A stretch of DNA of 64,000 nt, taken from assembly GCA_964016885.1 (NCBI GenBank), contig OZ024740.1, positions 3,224,001 to 3,288,000 of the forward strand, read 5' to 3'. The stretch is from Eledone cirrhosa. Taxonomy: Eukaryota. The notes beneath the pieces are model-generated. The model was given only the letters and a program-made list of their open reading frames with translations. It was not told the origin of the DNA and did no database searches. The position numbers and the translations under genes were made by a program. Each line of letters opens with the position of its first letter. The first letter of the stretch is position 1. Of this stretch, positions 26,301-37,700 are shown in pieces.

Positions 26301-29300
26301 TTGTCACACCAGTAACACTTTACACTCCCCAGACCCTGTGACAACAGTAACAGTTTACACTCCCCCAGACCTTGTCACACCAGTAACAGTTTACACACCC
26401 CCAGACCTTGTCACACCAGTAACAGTTTACACTCCCCAGACCCTGTGACAACAGTAACAGTTTACACTCCCCCAGACCTTGTCACACCAGTAACAGTTTA
26501 CACACCCCCAGACCTTGTCACACCAGTAACACTTTACACTCCCCAGACCCTGTGACAACAGTAACAGTTTACACTCCCCCAGACCTTGTCACACCAGTAA
26601 CAGTTTACACACCCCCAGACCTTGTCACACCAGTAACACTTTACACTCCCCAGACCCTGTGACAACAGTAACAGTTTACACTCCCCCAGACCTTGTCACA
26701 CCAGTAACAGTTTACACACCCCCAGACCTTGTCACACCAGTAACAGTTTACACTGCCCAGACCCTGTCACACCAGTAACAGTTTACACACCCCCAGACCT
26801 TGTCACACCAGTAACAGTTTACACTGCCCAGACCCTGTCACACCAGTAACAGTTTACACTCCCCCAGACCTTGTCACACCAGTAACAGTTTACACTCCCC
26901 AGACCATGTCACACCAGTAACAGTTTACACTCCCCAGACCATGTCACACCAGTAACAGTTTACACACCCCCAGACCCTGTCACACCAGTAACAGTTTACA
27001 CTGCCCAGACCCTGTCACACCAGTAACAGTTTACACTGCCCAGACCCTGTCACACCAGTAACAGTTTACACTGCCCAGACCCTGTCACACCAGTAACAGT
27101 TTACCCTGCACAGACCCTGTCACACCTGTAACAGTTTACACTGCCCAGACCCTGTCACACCAGTAACAGTTTACACTGCCCAGACCCTGTCACACCAGTA
27201 ACACTTTACACTCCCCCAGACCCTGTCACACCAGTAACAGTTTACACACCCCCAGACCTTGTCACACCAGTAACAGTTTACACTCCCCCAGACCCTGTCA
27301 CACCAGTAACACTTTACACACCCCCAGACCCTGTCACACCAGTAACAGTTTACACTGCCCAGACCCTGTCACACCAGTAACACTTTACACTCCCCAGACC
27401 CTGTCACACCAGTAACACTTTACACTCCCCAGACCTGTCACACCAGTAACAGTTTACACTGCCCAGACCCTGTCACACCAGTAACACTTTACACCCCCCC
27501 AGACCCTGTCACACCAGTAACAGTTTACACTGCCCAGACCCTGTCACACCAGTAACACTTTACACTGCCCAGACCCTGTCACACCAGTAACAGTTTACAC
27601 TCCCCCAGACCCTGTCACACCCGTAACACTTTACACTGCCCAGACCCTGTCACACCAGTAACACTTTACACTGCCCAGACCCTGTCACACCAGTAACACT
27701 TTACACTGCCCAGACCCTGTCACACCAGTAACACTTTACACTGCCCAGACCCTGTCACACCAGTAACACTTTACACTGCCCAGACCCTGTCACACCAGTA
27801 ACACTTTACACTGCCCAGACCCTGTCACACCAGTAACACTTTACACTGCCCAGACCCTGTCACACCAGTAACACTTTACACTGCCCAGACCCTGTCACAC
27901 CAGTAACACTTTACACTGCCCAGACCCTGTCACACCAGTAACACTTTACACTGCCCAGACCCTGTCACACCAGTAACACTTTACACTGCCCAGACCCTGT
28001 CACACCAGTAACACTTTACACTGCCCAGACCCTGTCACACCAGTAACAGTTTACACTGCCCAGACCCTGTCACACCAGTAACAGTTTACACTGCCCAGAC
28101 CTTGTCACACCAGTAACAGTTTACACTCCCCCAGACCCTGTCACACCAGTAACAGTTTACACTGCCCAGACCCTGTCACACCAGTAACACTTTACACTGC
28201 CCAGACCCTGTCACACCAGTAACACCTTACACTCCCCAGACCCTGTCACACCAGTAACAGTTTACACTGCCCAGACACTGTCACACCAGTAACACTTTAC
28301 ACTGCCCAGACCCTGTCACACCAGTAACACTTTACACTGCCCAGACCCTGTCACACCAGTAACAGTTTACACTTCCCAGACCCTGTCACACCAGTAACAG
28401 TTTACACTGCCCAGACCTTGTCACACCAGTAACAGTTTACACTCCCCCAGACCCTGTCACACCAGTAACAGTTTACACTGCCCAGACCCTGTCACACCAG
28501 TAACACTTTACACTGCCCAGACCCTGTCACACCAGTAACACCTTACACTCCCCAGACCCTGTCACACCAGTAACAGTTTACACTGCCCAGACCCTGTCAC
28601 ACCAGTAACACTTTACACTGCCCAGACCCTGTCACACCAGTAACACTTTACACTGCCCAGACCCTGTCACACCAGTAACACTTTACACTGCCCAGACCCT
28701 GTCACACCAGTAACACTTTACACTGCCCAGACCCTGTCACACCAGTAACACTTTACACTGCCCAGACCCTGTCACACCAGTAACACTTTACACTGCCCAG
28801 ACCCTGTCACACCAGTAACACTTTACACTGCCCAGACCCTGTCACACCAGTAACACTTTACACTGCCCAGACCCTGTCACACCAGTAACACTTTACACTG
28901 CCCAGACCCTGTCACACCAGTAACACCTTACACTCCCCAGACCCTGTCACACCAGTAACACTTTACACTGCCCAGACCCTGTCACACCAGTAACACTTTA
29001 CACTGCCCAGACCCTGTCACACCAGTAACACTTTACACTGCCCAGACCCTGTCACACCAGTAACACTTTACACTGCCCAGACCCTGACACACCAGTAACA
29101 CTTTACACTCCCCAGACCCTGTCACACCAGTAACACTTTACACTCCCCAGACCCTGTCACACCAGTAACACTTTACACTGCCCAGACCCTGTCACACCAG
29201 TAACACTTTACACTGCCCAGACCCTGTCACACCAGTAACACTTTACACTGCCCAGACCCTGTCACACCAGTAACACTTTACACTGCCCAGACCCTGTCAC

Positions 29301-29459
29301 ACCAGTAACACTTTACACTCCCCAGACCCTGTCACACCAGTAACACTTTACACTCCCCAGACCCTGTCACACCAGTAACACTTTACACTGCCCAGACCCT
29401 GTCACACCAGTAACAGTTTACACTGCCCAGACCCTGTCACACCAGTAACACTTTACACT
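5318..29459. repeat. 35-bp satellite array, ~24.1 kb, ~690 monomers
   Basis: Consensus CCAGACC(C/T)TGTCACACCAGTAACAGTTTACACTCC. Uninterrupted head-to-tail array with zones of different variant composition. Confidence 0.98.
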
Positions 29460-29766
29460 AATTAAATGTTATTCTAATGAAGTTCAGATAGAAAATAAGC
29501 TTAAAAAGAATTTATATGAAATATATAAAAAATACAATATTGACGTTTGTAAAAGTGGGGGATACTTGTCCCTTGGTTACCCTTGGTTACCCTTGTGTGT
29601 GTAGGTGTGTGACAGTGTGTATATAGATGTAGGGCGGCTGACTGTGTGTATATATGTGGGGGTGTGACTGTGTATATATGTGGGGGGTGGGTGACTGTGT
29701 GTATATATAGATGTCCCATGTGTGTATGTGTAACTTGTGTTAGCATGACCATAAATACTTTGAGGT

Positions 29767-29996
<230 letters not shown>

Positions 29997-30214
29997 ATAT
30001 TCTCTTCTAACTAATATACATCTTAACTTTATTACATTTTTTTTTCATATTTTTTCTAGTATGCAAAAGTCGAAATTTTTATTGACTGAAACTGGTACTA
30101 AAACTTGTTTGACTGTTTTTCTATGAGAACATTATATAAGCATTTTCTACTGTTTTCTTATTTTCTTAATATATATCAACTTGTGTGTCACTTCTCAACA
30201 TTCTAAAACTATAT

Positions 30215-30330
30215 GAGGTGATAAAAGCCGACCTTACCCAATTGCACCTCTCAAAGGCGATGACACAGGACCGTGACCTCTGGCGCCATGCAGTAATACA
30301 CGCAGGAAAACGGTGATGATGATGATGATG
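30215..30330 (+). mobile_element. 3' end fragment of an RTE-clade LINE with (GAT)n tail
   Basis: Translates EVIKADLTQLHLSKAMTQDRDLWRHAV (typical ...DL.........DR..WR C-terminus), followed by AAAACGGTGATGATGATGATG. Confidence 0.7.
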
Positions 30331-30338
30331 ACACATAT

Positions 30339-30656
30339 ATCATCATCATTTTTACCTCCATTTTTCCGCACATGCATGGGTCGGACAGGTCCTTTTCAGC
30401 ACAGCACCGTTCCACTCACCGCGTTCCATCATCATCTCCTCTCTGAGTCTCAGAAATTTGAGGTCAGCTCTCACCACCTCTGCCCAGGTCTTTTTTTGGT
30501 CAACCTCGACTGCAGCTTCCATCCACTGGCATTTCTTCACCCATCGATCATTATTCAGGCACATCAGATGTCTATACCAGTGCAGTCTCGTGCACACCCT
30601 CATTTTATCACATTTATGTTGCACATTCAATGAAGCACATTGCTTCATTTCCCTCT
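30339..30656 (-). mobile_element. 3' end fragment of an RTE-clade LINE, tail-to-tail with the previous fragment
   Basis: ORF 30352..30648 reads RLHWYRHLMCLNNDRWVKKC...KKTWAEVVRADLKFLRLREEMMMERGEW, matching the RL.W.GH....W...V..DL motif, then ACCCATGCATG...AAAAATGATGATGAT. Confidence 0.8.
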
Positions 30657-30657
30657 A

Positions 30658-30908
30658 GACACCTACACTACCACTCTGCAGTGTGGACTGGGCGTTTTTT
30701 ATCATGACACCTACACTACCACCTTACAGTGTGGACTGGGCGTTTTTTATCATGACACCTACACTATCACTTTACAGTGTGGACTGGGCGTTTTTTATCA
30801 TGACACCTACACTATCACTTTACAGTGTGGACTGGGCGTTTTTTATCATGACATCTACACTACCACCTTACAGTGTGGACTGGGCGTTTTTTGTCATGAC
30901 ACCTACAT
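30658..30908 (-). repeat. 48-bp minisatellite (~5 copies), same family as 1196-1945, opposite orientation
   Basis: Unit GACACCTACACTA(C/T)CAC(C/T)TTACAGTGTGGACTGGGCGTTTTTTATCAT is the reverse complement of the 48-bp unit. Confidence 0.9.
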
Positions 30909-30929
30909 GTATCCATATATAAACACATA

Positions 30930-31317
30930 ATCATCATCATCACCGTTTTACATCCGTTCTTCCACGCTAGCATGGGTTAGATGGGTTGTCCTGTTGTGGG
31001 CAGTGTCCAGTCGGCTGACCTTGTCTTGTTCATACAAGAACTGATTCTGGCTTGATTTCTACAGCTGGATGCCCTTCTTAACACCAACCTCATTTACAGT
31101 GAGTGCTGGGTGATTTTTATTCTGTGGCACTTCCACGACCACTTTACAGTGGAATGATAGGGACCCCCAGTCCAATCATCTCATTTCTACAGCTGAGTAA
31201 ACTGGAGCAATGTGAAATAAAGTGTCTTGCTCAAGGAAACAACACATCACCCTGTCTGAGAATTGAACTCACAACCTTTCGATTGTGAGCCAAATGCTCT
31301 AACTACTAAGCCATGCA
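30930..31317 (-). mobile_element. tRNA-derived SINE, copy 2, apparently full length
   Basis: Closely similar to 240-524 over ~280 bp (compare ORFs 305..511 and 31103..31288). A/B boxes on the minus strand and a (GAT)n tail at 30930-30941. Confidence 0.85.
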
Positions 31318-31629
31318 CATATACACACATATATATATTCATATATACACACACATATTTATCCATATATACACACATATATATATCCATATATACACAG
31401 AGACACACACATATCTAAATTCGTATGTCCATATTTCAGTACAAAGTAAGTGCACACATTTGATGTAAATTCTCCAGGTGCTGTATAGTCATTAAAAGCA
31501 TCCCATAAGACAGGCAATCCAATTAGCTTCAGGTGAATATCATTATATGTAATAGAAGAGTGTGGAACAAAGTAAAGAAAACCTTACTATATATACATGC
31601 CAGCATGGAAGAGCTACGTGGAATGGTGA

Positions 31630-31978
<349 letters not shown>

Positions 31979-32105
31979 TGGTAAACTTCTTTAAGTCGTT
32001 TGGAAGGCTCGACAATGCAGATGGGTAAATCTCCGGGTAACAAGATCCGGTGGTGCAGAGAGAGATGTAAGTGGGTGTACGTTGAGATGCGTGGCGTGTA
32101 TAAGA

Positions 32106-32177
32106 CTGTAACGTTAGAGGAATGAAGAAATGAGCGTAAAAGATAAAAATAAAAATAACAACACGAGAGAGAGTTAC
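32106..32177 (-). other. Candidate 72-nt spliceosomal intron retained in the PLE terminal region
   Basis: Minus strand AAG|GTAACT...pyrimidine-rich body...CTCATTTCTTCATTCCTCTAACGTTACAG|. AT-rich inside a GC-richer element. Confidence 0.55.
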
Positions 32178-32439
32178 CTTGGGAGAGATTTAATTGTCCC
32201 TATAACTGGGTTTTTTTCCGGTGTGTGTGTGTTGGGGGGGGGGGGGGGGTTGTCTGTCAGAAAGGTGCGAAACGTGTCCTCCGCTGTTCGTTGTTTTGAA
32301 TATCTGAGGTATTCAGCAAAGCGCGCGTGCGCGTGAAATGGGGTCGGTCAGGCAGAGGTCAGCGGCCGAAGTAGTTCTTTCAATTGTGGGAGTGGGGTGG
32401 CGCTAGCTGTCAGTCCATTCTTTGCCTGTTTGGTGAATG

Positions 32440-32476
<37 letters not shown>

Positions 32477-32650
32477 GTTGTTGTCTCGCTTGAGTGTGTG
32501 TGTGTGTGCGTGTGTTGTTGCCTTGTTCCTCTGTATTGGCAGTGTAGTATGTTCGTATGGTGGAATGCTACTGTGTGTGTGTGCGTGTGCGTGTGTTGCT
32601 GTCTCGCTTGTGTGTGTGTGTGTGCGTGTGTTGCTGCATCGTTTGTTAAC

Positions 32651-34007
32651 TTAAACCAACCACCTCATTTCGCTTCTCTCGGATCGGTTGTTTAGTTGTG
32701 GCCCTAGGCGTTTGATCCAAAGTGCTTCCTTGATACGTAACGTGCCGACGTTTCTTTCTGTTGCTAGAATTGTGACAATGGGCCTTCCGTCTTTGTTTCC
32801 GCATTTGGCTATGTGTTTCCAGAAACACGAGGCTTAGTTTTAGTGTGTTCCTTGATCCGGATGTGCAACGGCCGGATTGTGCTACCTATATAGTATTGGT
32901 TGCACTTGTTACATTCTATCTTATACACGAGGTATGTGCGTAGGCAATAGTTCGCATGGTGCATCGGGCAGTCTCTGAGGAAGCACGCGTCAGTTGATTT
33001 CCCGAGTTTCCTGGAGAGGCATCATCGCAGGGAGGGGCCCGAGTGGGCCAGGTGGATGTCGAGGCCCTCCCTCCGTATAGCCTTGCGGATAGCGTTGGTG
33101 GTATTCTCGCCCAGGTGTGGCATTATAAGGAAGCACTTGCCTTGGGTGCCACTCTGTCTCTTGAGTCTGGTGTCTCCTACTATGTGAGCGAGGTAAGGTA
33201 CCCCTTCGTCTCCAGCACCTCGAAGAATCGCTTGGTATGAGTGACACCACTCGCGGGTTCGCTGCATCTGTTTTTGATTCGCGCGATCTCGCTCGTGATG
33301 TATCCTCTTTTGGCACTGTTAGGGAGGGCGGAGTTGTAGTGGACGAACAGCTCCCTGCAGGCTGCCTTTCGGTAGAAGTTGCAGTGGATCCCTCCCTGTT
33401 CCGTGTTGTTGATTCGGAAGTCGAGAAGGGCAAGTGACCCGTCGTCGTTGGGGTGTTCAACACTGAAGTCAATGTTCTCGTCCGTGTTGTTGAACGTCTC
33501 ATAGATTCTGTTCGCCATGTCTTGGGAAGATGTGAGGATGAGGATATCGTCCACGTACCTTGAGAAAAAGGCGACGGCGTTGGGGTGGCAGGCGTTGAGA
33601 ACCTTGCGCTCGAGGCTGTCCATGTAAGAGATCGCTAGCACATCCGACATGCTTGATCCCATGGACAGTCCCGAGGTTTGTTGGTATGTTTGGTCAAGGA
33701 ATCCGAAGTAGGTGTTGTCGACGACGATGGATAAGAGTTGGTGGATGTCAGTGGTGGTGAGCCCGAAGCAGTGTAGGTCGGTGGATTGGACGCGTTCCAT
33801 CAGTATATTGACGGCCGGGAGTGCCGGGACCGAGGTGTAGAGAGCGACTACATCAAGGCTGAAGGCATATCTGTTATTCTTTCTGGTGTCGGGATCCATT
33901 TGATGCAGGCGCTTCAACACCTCCTCGGAGCTGTTAACGTGTCCCGGCGAGGTGTCTAAGATGGGTTTGACCCATCTTAGACACCATCTTAACCCATCTT
34001 CAAGCAA
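32651..34007 (-). pseudogene. Disrupted Penelope-like RT-endonuclease ORF
   Basis: RT motifs SLDVVALYTSVP, YQQTSGLSMGSSMS, RYVDDIL, LALLDF, YRK and HYNSALP. A frameshift near 33190 and an in-frame TGA at 33022-33024 follow. Then CFLRDCPMHHANYC-LRTYLVYKIECNKCNQYYIGSTIRPLHIRIKEH, a frameshift near 32830, and ASCFWKHIAKC...LRIKEALWIKRLGPQLNNRSE... to TAA at 32653-32651. Confidence 0.92.
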
Positions 34008-34469
34008 ACTTCAATACTCTCTTATATATATATATATATATATATGTATATAAAGTAGTTACCGATGATGTTGATCAATTCTTTTTTTCGGGTTATAGCT
34101 ACTGTCGCCCAGTGAGTGGGATTGGCTCAGTGCACAGTCTTTCCTCACTTTAAAAAAAAATCTTCACATGCAGGCATTGCACGATAGCTTAATTGATAAT
34201 TATTAATAATGGAATATCATGCAATGGGCATACTCGATATCGAGAGGGCAGCCATAATGTATGTATGTACGCATGTATGTATGCATGTATGTATATATAT
34301 ATATATATACGGGTAGTAAGAATTGATCTTTTACCACAATTATGAAAGTTCATTCACTTACTTTCAGATCTTAAGTCATTGCACCTTTATAAGCCTACAT
34401 ATACACATAGTATTTGCATAGAATTTGTTTTGACAATTTCTTACCCTTGAATTATTGTGTATGTATGTA

Positions 34470-34740
34470 TTTGAACAAAACAGGCTAATGCAAGTAAATA
34501 TTAAGAGGAAAATAAGAAAATACAACCAGTAACGGAATATGAAATTGATGGAAATTTCTCTACTTGTACAGTTCATGGCAAAATCTGCCTGCACTTCCAT
34601 CCCATATAAGAGCTCACAATAGGATACCTCCTATTGACTCCAGACCATAGAAACCAGTTCAACTATATCAATGCCACAGAAACCTCAAGATCTGCAAATC
34701 TCAAGGAGGTCTAAAGAGACATTTAAAACTTTCATCAAGA
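34470..34740 (+). mobile_element. Decayed LINE (RTE-like) ORF C-terminus with two degenerate C2H2 zinc fingers
   Basis: Across frameshifts it reads FEQNRLMQVNIKRKIRK / YEIDGNFSTCTVHGKICL / LPSHIRAH...QLYQCHRNLKICKSQGGLKRHLKL/H. The second finger keeps C-x2-[C>N]-x12-H-x3-H spacing if one extra T is removed. Confidence 0.6.
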
Positions 34741-37700
34741 TCAGACAACACAGGCAGTCCAAGTTGTACCAAACTACATAGATCAGACAACACAGGCAGT
34801 CCAAGTTGTACCAAACTATATAGATCAGACAACACAGGCAGTCCAAGTTGTACCAAACTACATAGATCAGACAATACAGGCAGTCCAAGTTGTACCAAAC
34901 TATATAGATCAGACAACACAGGCAGTCCAAGTTGTACCAAACTACATAGATCAGACAACACAGGCAGTCCAAGTTGTACCAAACTAGATAGATCAGACAA
35001 CACAGGCAGTCCAAGTTGTACCAAACTACATAGATCAGACAACACAGGCAGTCCAAGTTGTACCAAACTAGATAGATCAGACAACACAGGCAGTCCAAGT
35101 TGTACCAAACTATATAGATCAGACAACACAGGCAGTCCAAGTTGTACCAAACTATATAGATCAGACAACACAGGCGGTCCAAGTTGTACCAAACTACATA
35201 GATCAGACAATAAAGGCAGTCCAAGTTGTACCAAACTACATAGATCAGACAACACAGGCAGTCCAAGTTGTACCAAACTACATAGGTCAGACAATACAGG
35301 CAGTCCAAGTTGTACCAAACTACATAGATCAGACAACACAGGCAGTCCAAGTTGTACCAAACTATATAGATCAGACAACACAGGCAGTCCAAGTTGTACC
35401 AAACTACATAGATCAGACAACACAGGCAGTCCAAGTTGTACCAAACTACACAGGTCAGACAATACAGGCAGTCCAAGTTGTACCAAACTACATAGGTCAG
35501 ACAACACAGGCAGTCCAAGTTGTACCAAACTACATAGATCAGACAACACAGGCAGTCCAAGTTGTACCAAACTACATAGGTCAGACAACACAGGCAGTCC
35601 AAGTTGTACCAAACTACATAGATCAGACAATACAGGCAGTCCAAGTTGTACCAAACTATATAGATCAGACAACACAGGCAGTCCAAGTTGTACCAAACTA
35701 TATAGATCAGACAACACAGGCAGTCCAAGTTGTACCAAACTATATAGATCAGACAACACAGGCAGTCCAAGTTGTACCAAACTATATAGATCAGACAACA
35801 CAGGCAGTCCAAGTTGTACCAAACTATATAGATCAGACAACACAGGCAGTCCAAGTTGTACCAAACTACATAGATCAGACAATACAGGCAGTCCAAGTTG
35901 TACCAAACTACATAGATCAGACAACACAGGCAGTCCAAGTTGTACCAAACTACATAGGTCAGACAATACAGGCAGTCCAAGTTGTACCAAACTACATAGA
36001 TCAGACAACACAGGCAGTCCAAGTTCTACCAAACTACATAGATCAGACAACACAGGCAGTCCAAGTTGTACCAAACTACACAGGTCAGACAATACAGGCA
36101 GTCCAAGTTGTACCAAACTACATAGATCAGACAACACAGGCAGTCCAAGTTGTACCAAACTACATAGGTCAGACAACACAGGCAGTCCAAGTTGTACCAA
36201 ACTACATATATCAGACAATACAGGCAGTCCAAGTTGTACCAAACTATATAGATCAGACAACACAGGCAGTCCAAGTTGTACCAAACTACATAGATCAGAC
36301 AACACAGGCAGTCCAAGTTGTACCAAACTATATAGATCAGACAACACAGGCAGTCCAAGTTGTACCAAACTATATAGATCAGACAACACAGGCAGTCCAA
36401 GTTGTACCAAACTACATAGATCAGACAATACAGGCAGTCCAAGTTGTACCAAACTACATAGATCAGACAACACAGGAAGTCCAAGTTGTACCAAACTACA
36501 TATATCAGACAACACAGGCAGTCCAAGTTGTACCAAACTATATAGATCAGACAACACAGGCAGTCCAAGTTGTACCAAACTACATAGATCAGACAACACA
36601 GGCAGTCCAAGTTGTACCAAACTACACAGGTCAGACAATACAGGCAGTCCAAGTTGTACCAAACTACATAGATCAGACAACACAGGCAGTCCAAGTTGTA
36701 CCAAACTACATAGATCAGACAATACAGGCAGTCCAAGTTGTACCAAACTACACAGGTCAGACATTACAGGCAGTCCAAGTTGTACCAAACTACATAGATC
36801 AGACAATACAGGCAGTCCAAGTTGTACCAAACTATATAGATCAGACAATACAGGCAGTCCAGGTTGTACCAAACTACACAGGTCAGACAATACAGGCAGT
36901 CCAAGTTGTACCAAACTACATAGATCAGACAACACAGGCAGTCCAAGTTGTACCAAACTACACAGGTCAGACAATACAGGCAGTCCAAGTTGTACCAAAC
37001 TACATAGATCAGACAACACAGGCAGTCCAAGTTGTACCAAACTACACAGGTCAGACAATACAGGCAGTCCAAGTTGTACCAAACTACATAGATCAGACAA
37101 CACAGGCAGTCCAAGTTGTACCAAACTACATAGGTCAGACAATACAGGCAGTCCAAGTTGTACCAAACTACATAGATCAGACAATACAGGCAGTCCAAGT
37201 TGTACCAAACTACACAGGTCAGACATTACAGGCAGTCCAAGTTGTACCAAACTACATAGATCAGACAATACAGGCAGTCCAAGTTGTACCAAACTATATA
37301 GATCAGACAATACAGGCAGTCCAAGTTGTACCAAACTACATAGGTCAGACAATACAGGCAGTCCAAGTTGTACCAAACTAGATAGATCAGACAATACAGG
37401 CAGTCCAAGTTGTACCAAACTACACAGGTCAGACATTACAGGCAGTCCAAGTTGTACCAAACTACACAGGTCAGACATTACAGGCAGTCCAAGTTGTACC
37501 AAACTACATAGATCAGACAACACAGGCAGTCCAAGTTGTACCAAACTACATAGATCAGACAATACAGGCAGTCCAAGTTGTACCAAACTACATAGGTCAG
37601 ACAATACAGGCAGTCCAAGTTGTACCAAACTACATAGATCAGACAATACAGGCAGTCCAAGTTGTACCAAACTACATAGATCAGACAATACAGGCAGTCC

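Larger units (their letters stand above)
31979..34022 (-). mobile_element. 5'-truncated Penelope-like retroelement (RT + C-terminal GIY-YIG endonuclease + 3' UTR/pseudo-LTR)
   Basis: GC/CpG-rich block between two (TA)n tracts, with PLE RT and GIY-YIG motifs (see the pseudogene entry). Confidence 0.92.

Noticed and set aside
5318-29459. CRISPR-like appearance of a 35-bp repeat
   Set aside because: Monomers are head-to-tail with no unique spacers, there are no cas genes, and the context is eukaryotic.
32250-32285. Possible minimal hammerhead in the PLE UTR (GAAACGTGTC)
   Set aside because: There is no CTGANGA box (the sequence reads CTGTCAGA), no convincing stem I, and it is antisense to the element.
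33022-33024. In-frame TGA in the PLE as possible selenocysteine, as in Naiad elements
   Set aside because: The element has a C-terminal endonuclease, unlike Naiads. The TGA is not at an obviously conserved Cys and is most simply a CGA>TGA decay. The copy also has frameshifts.
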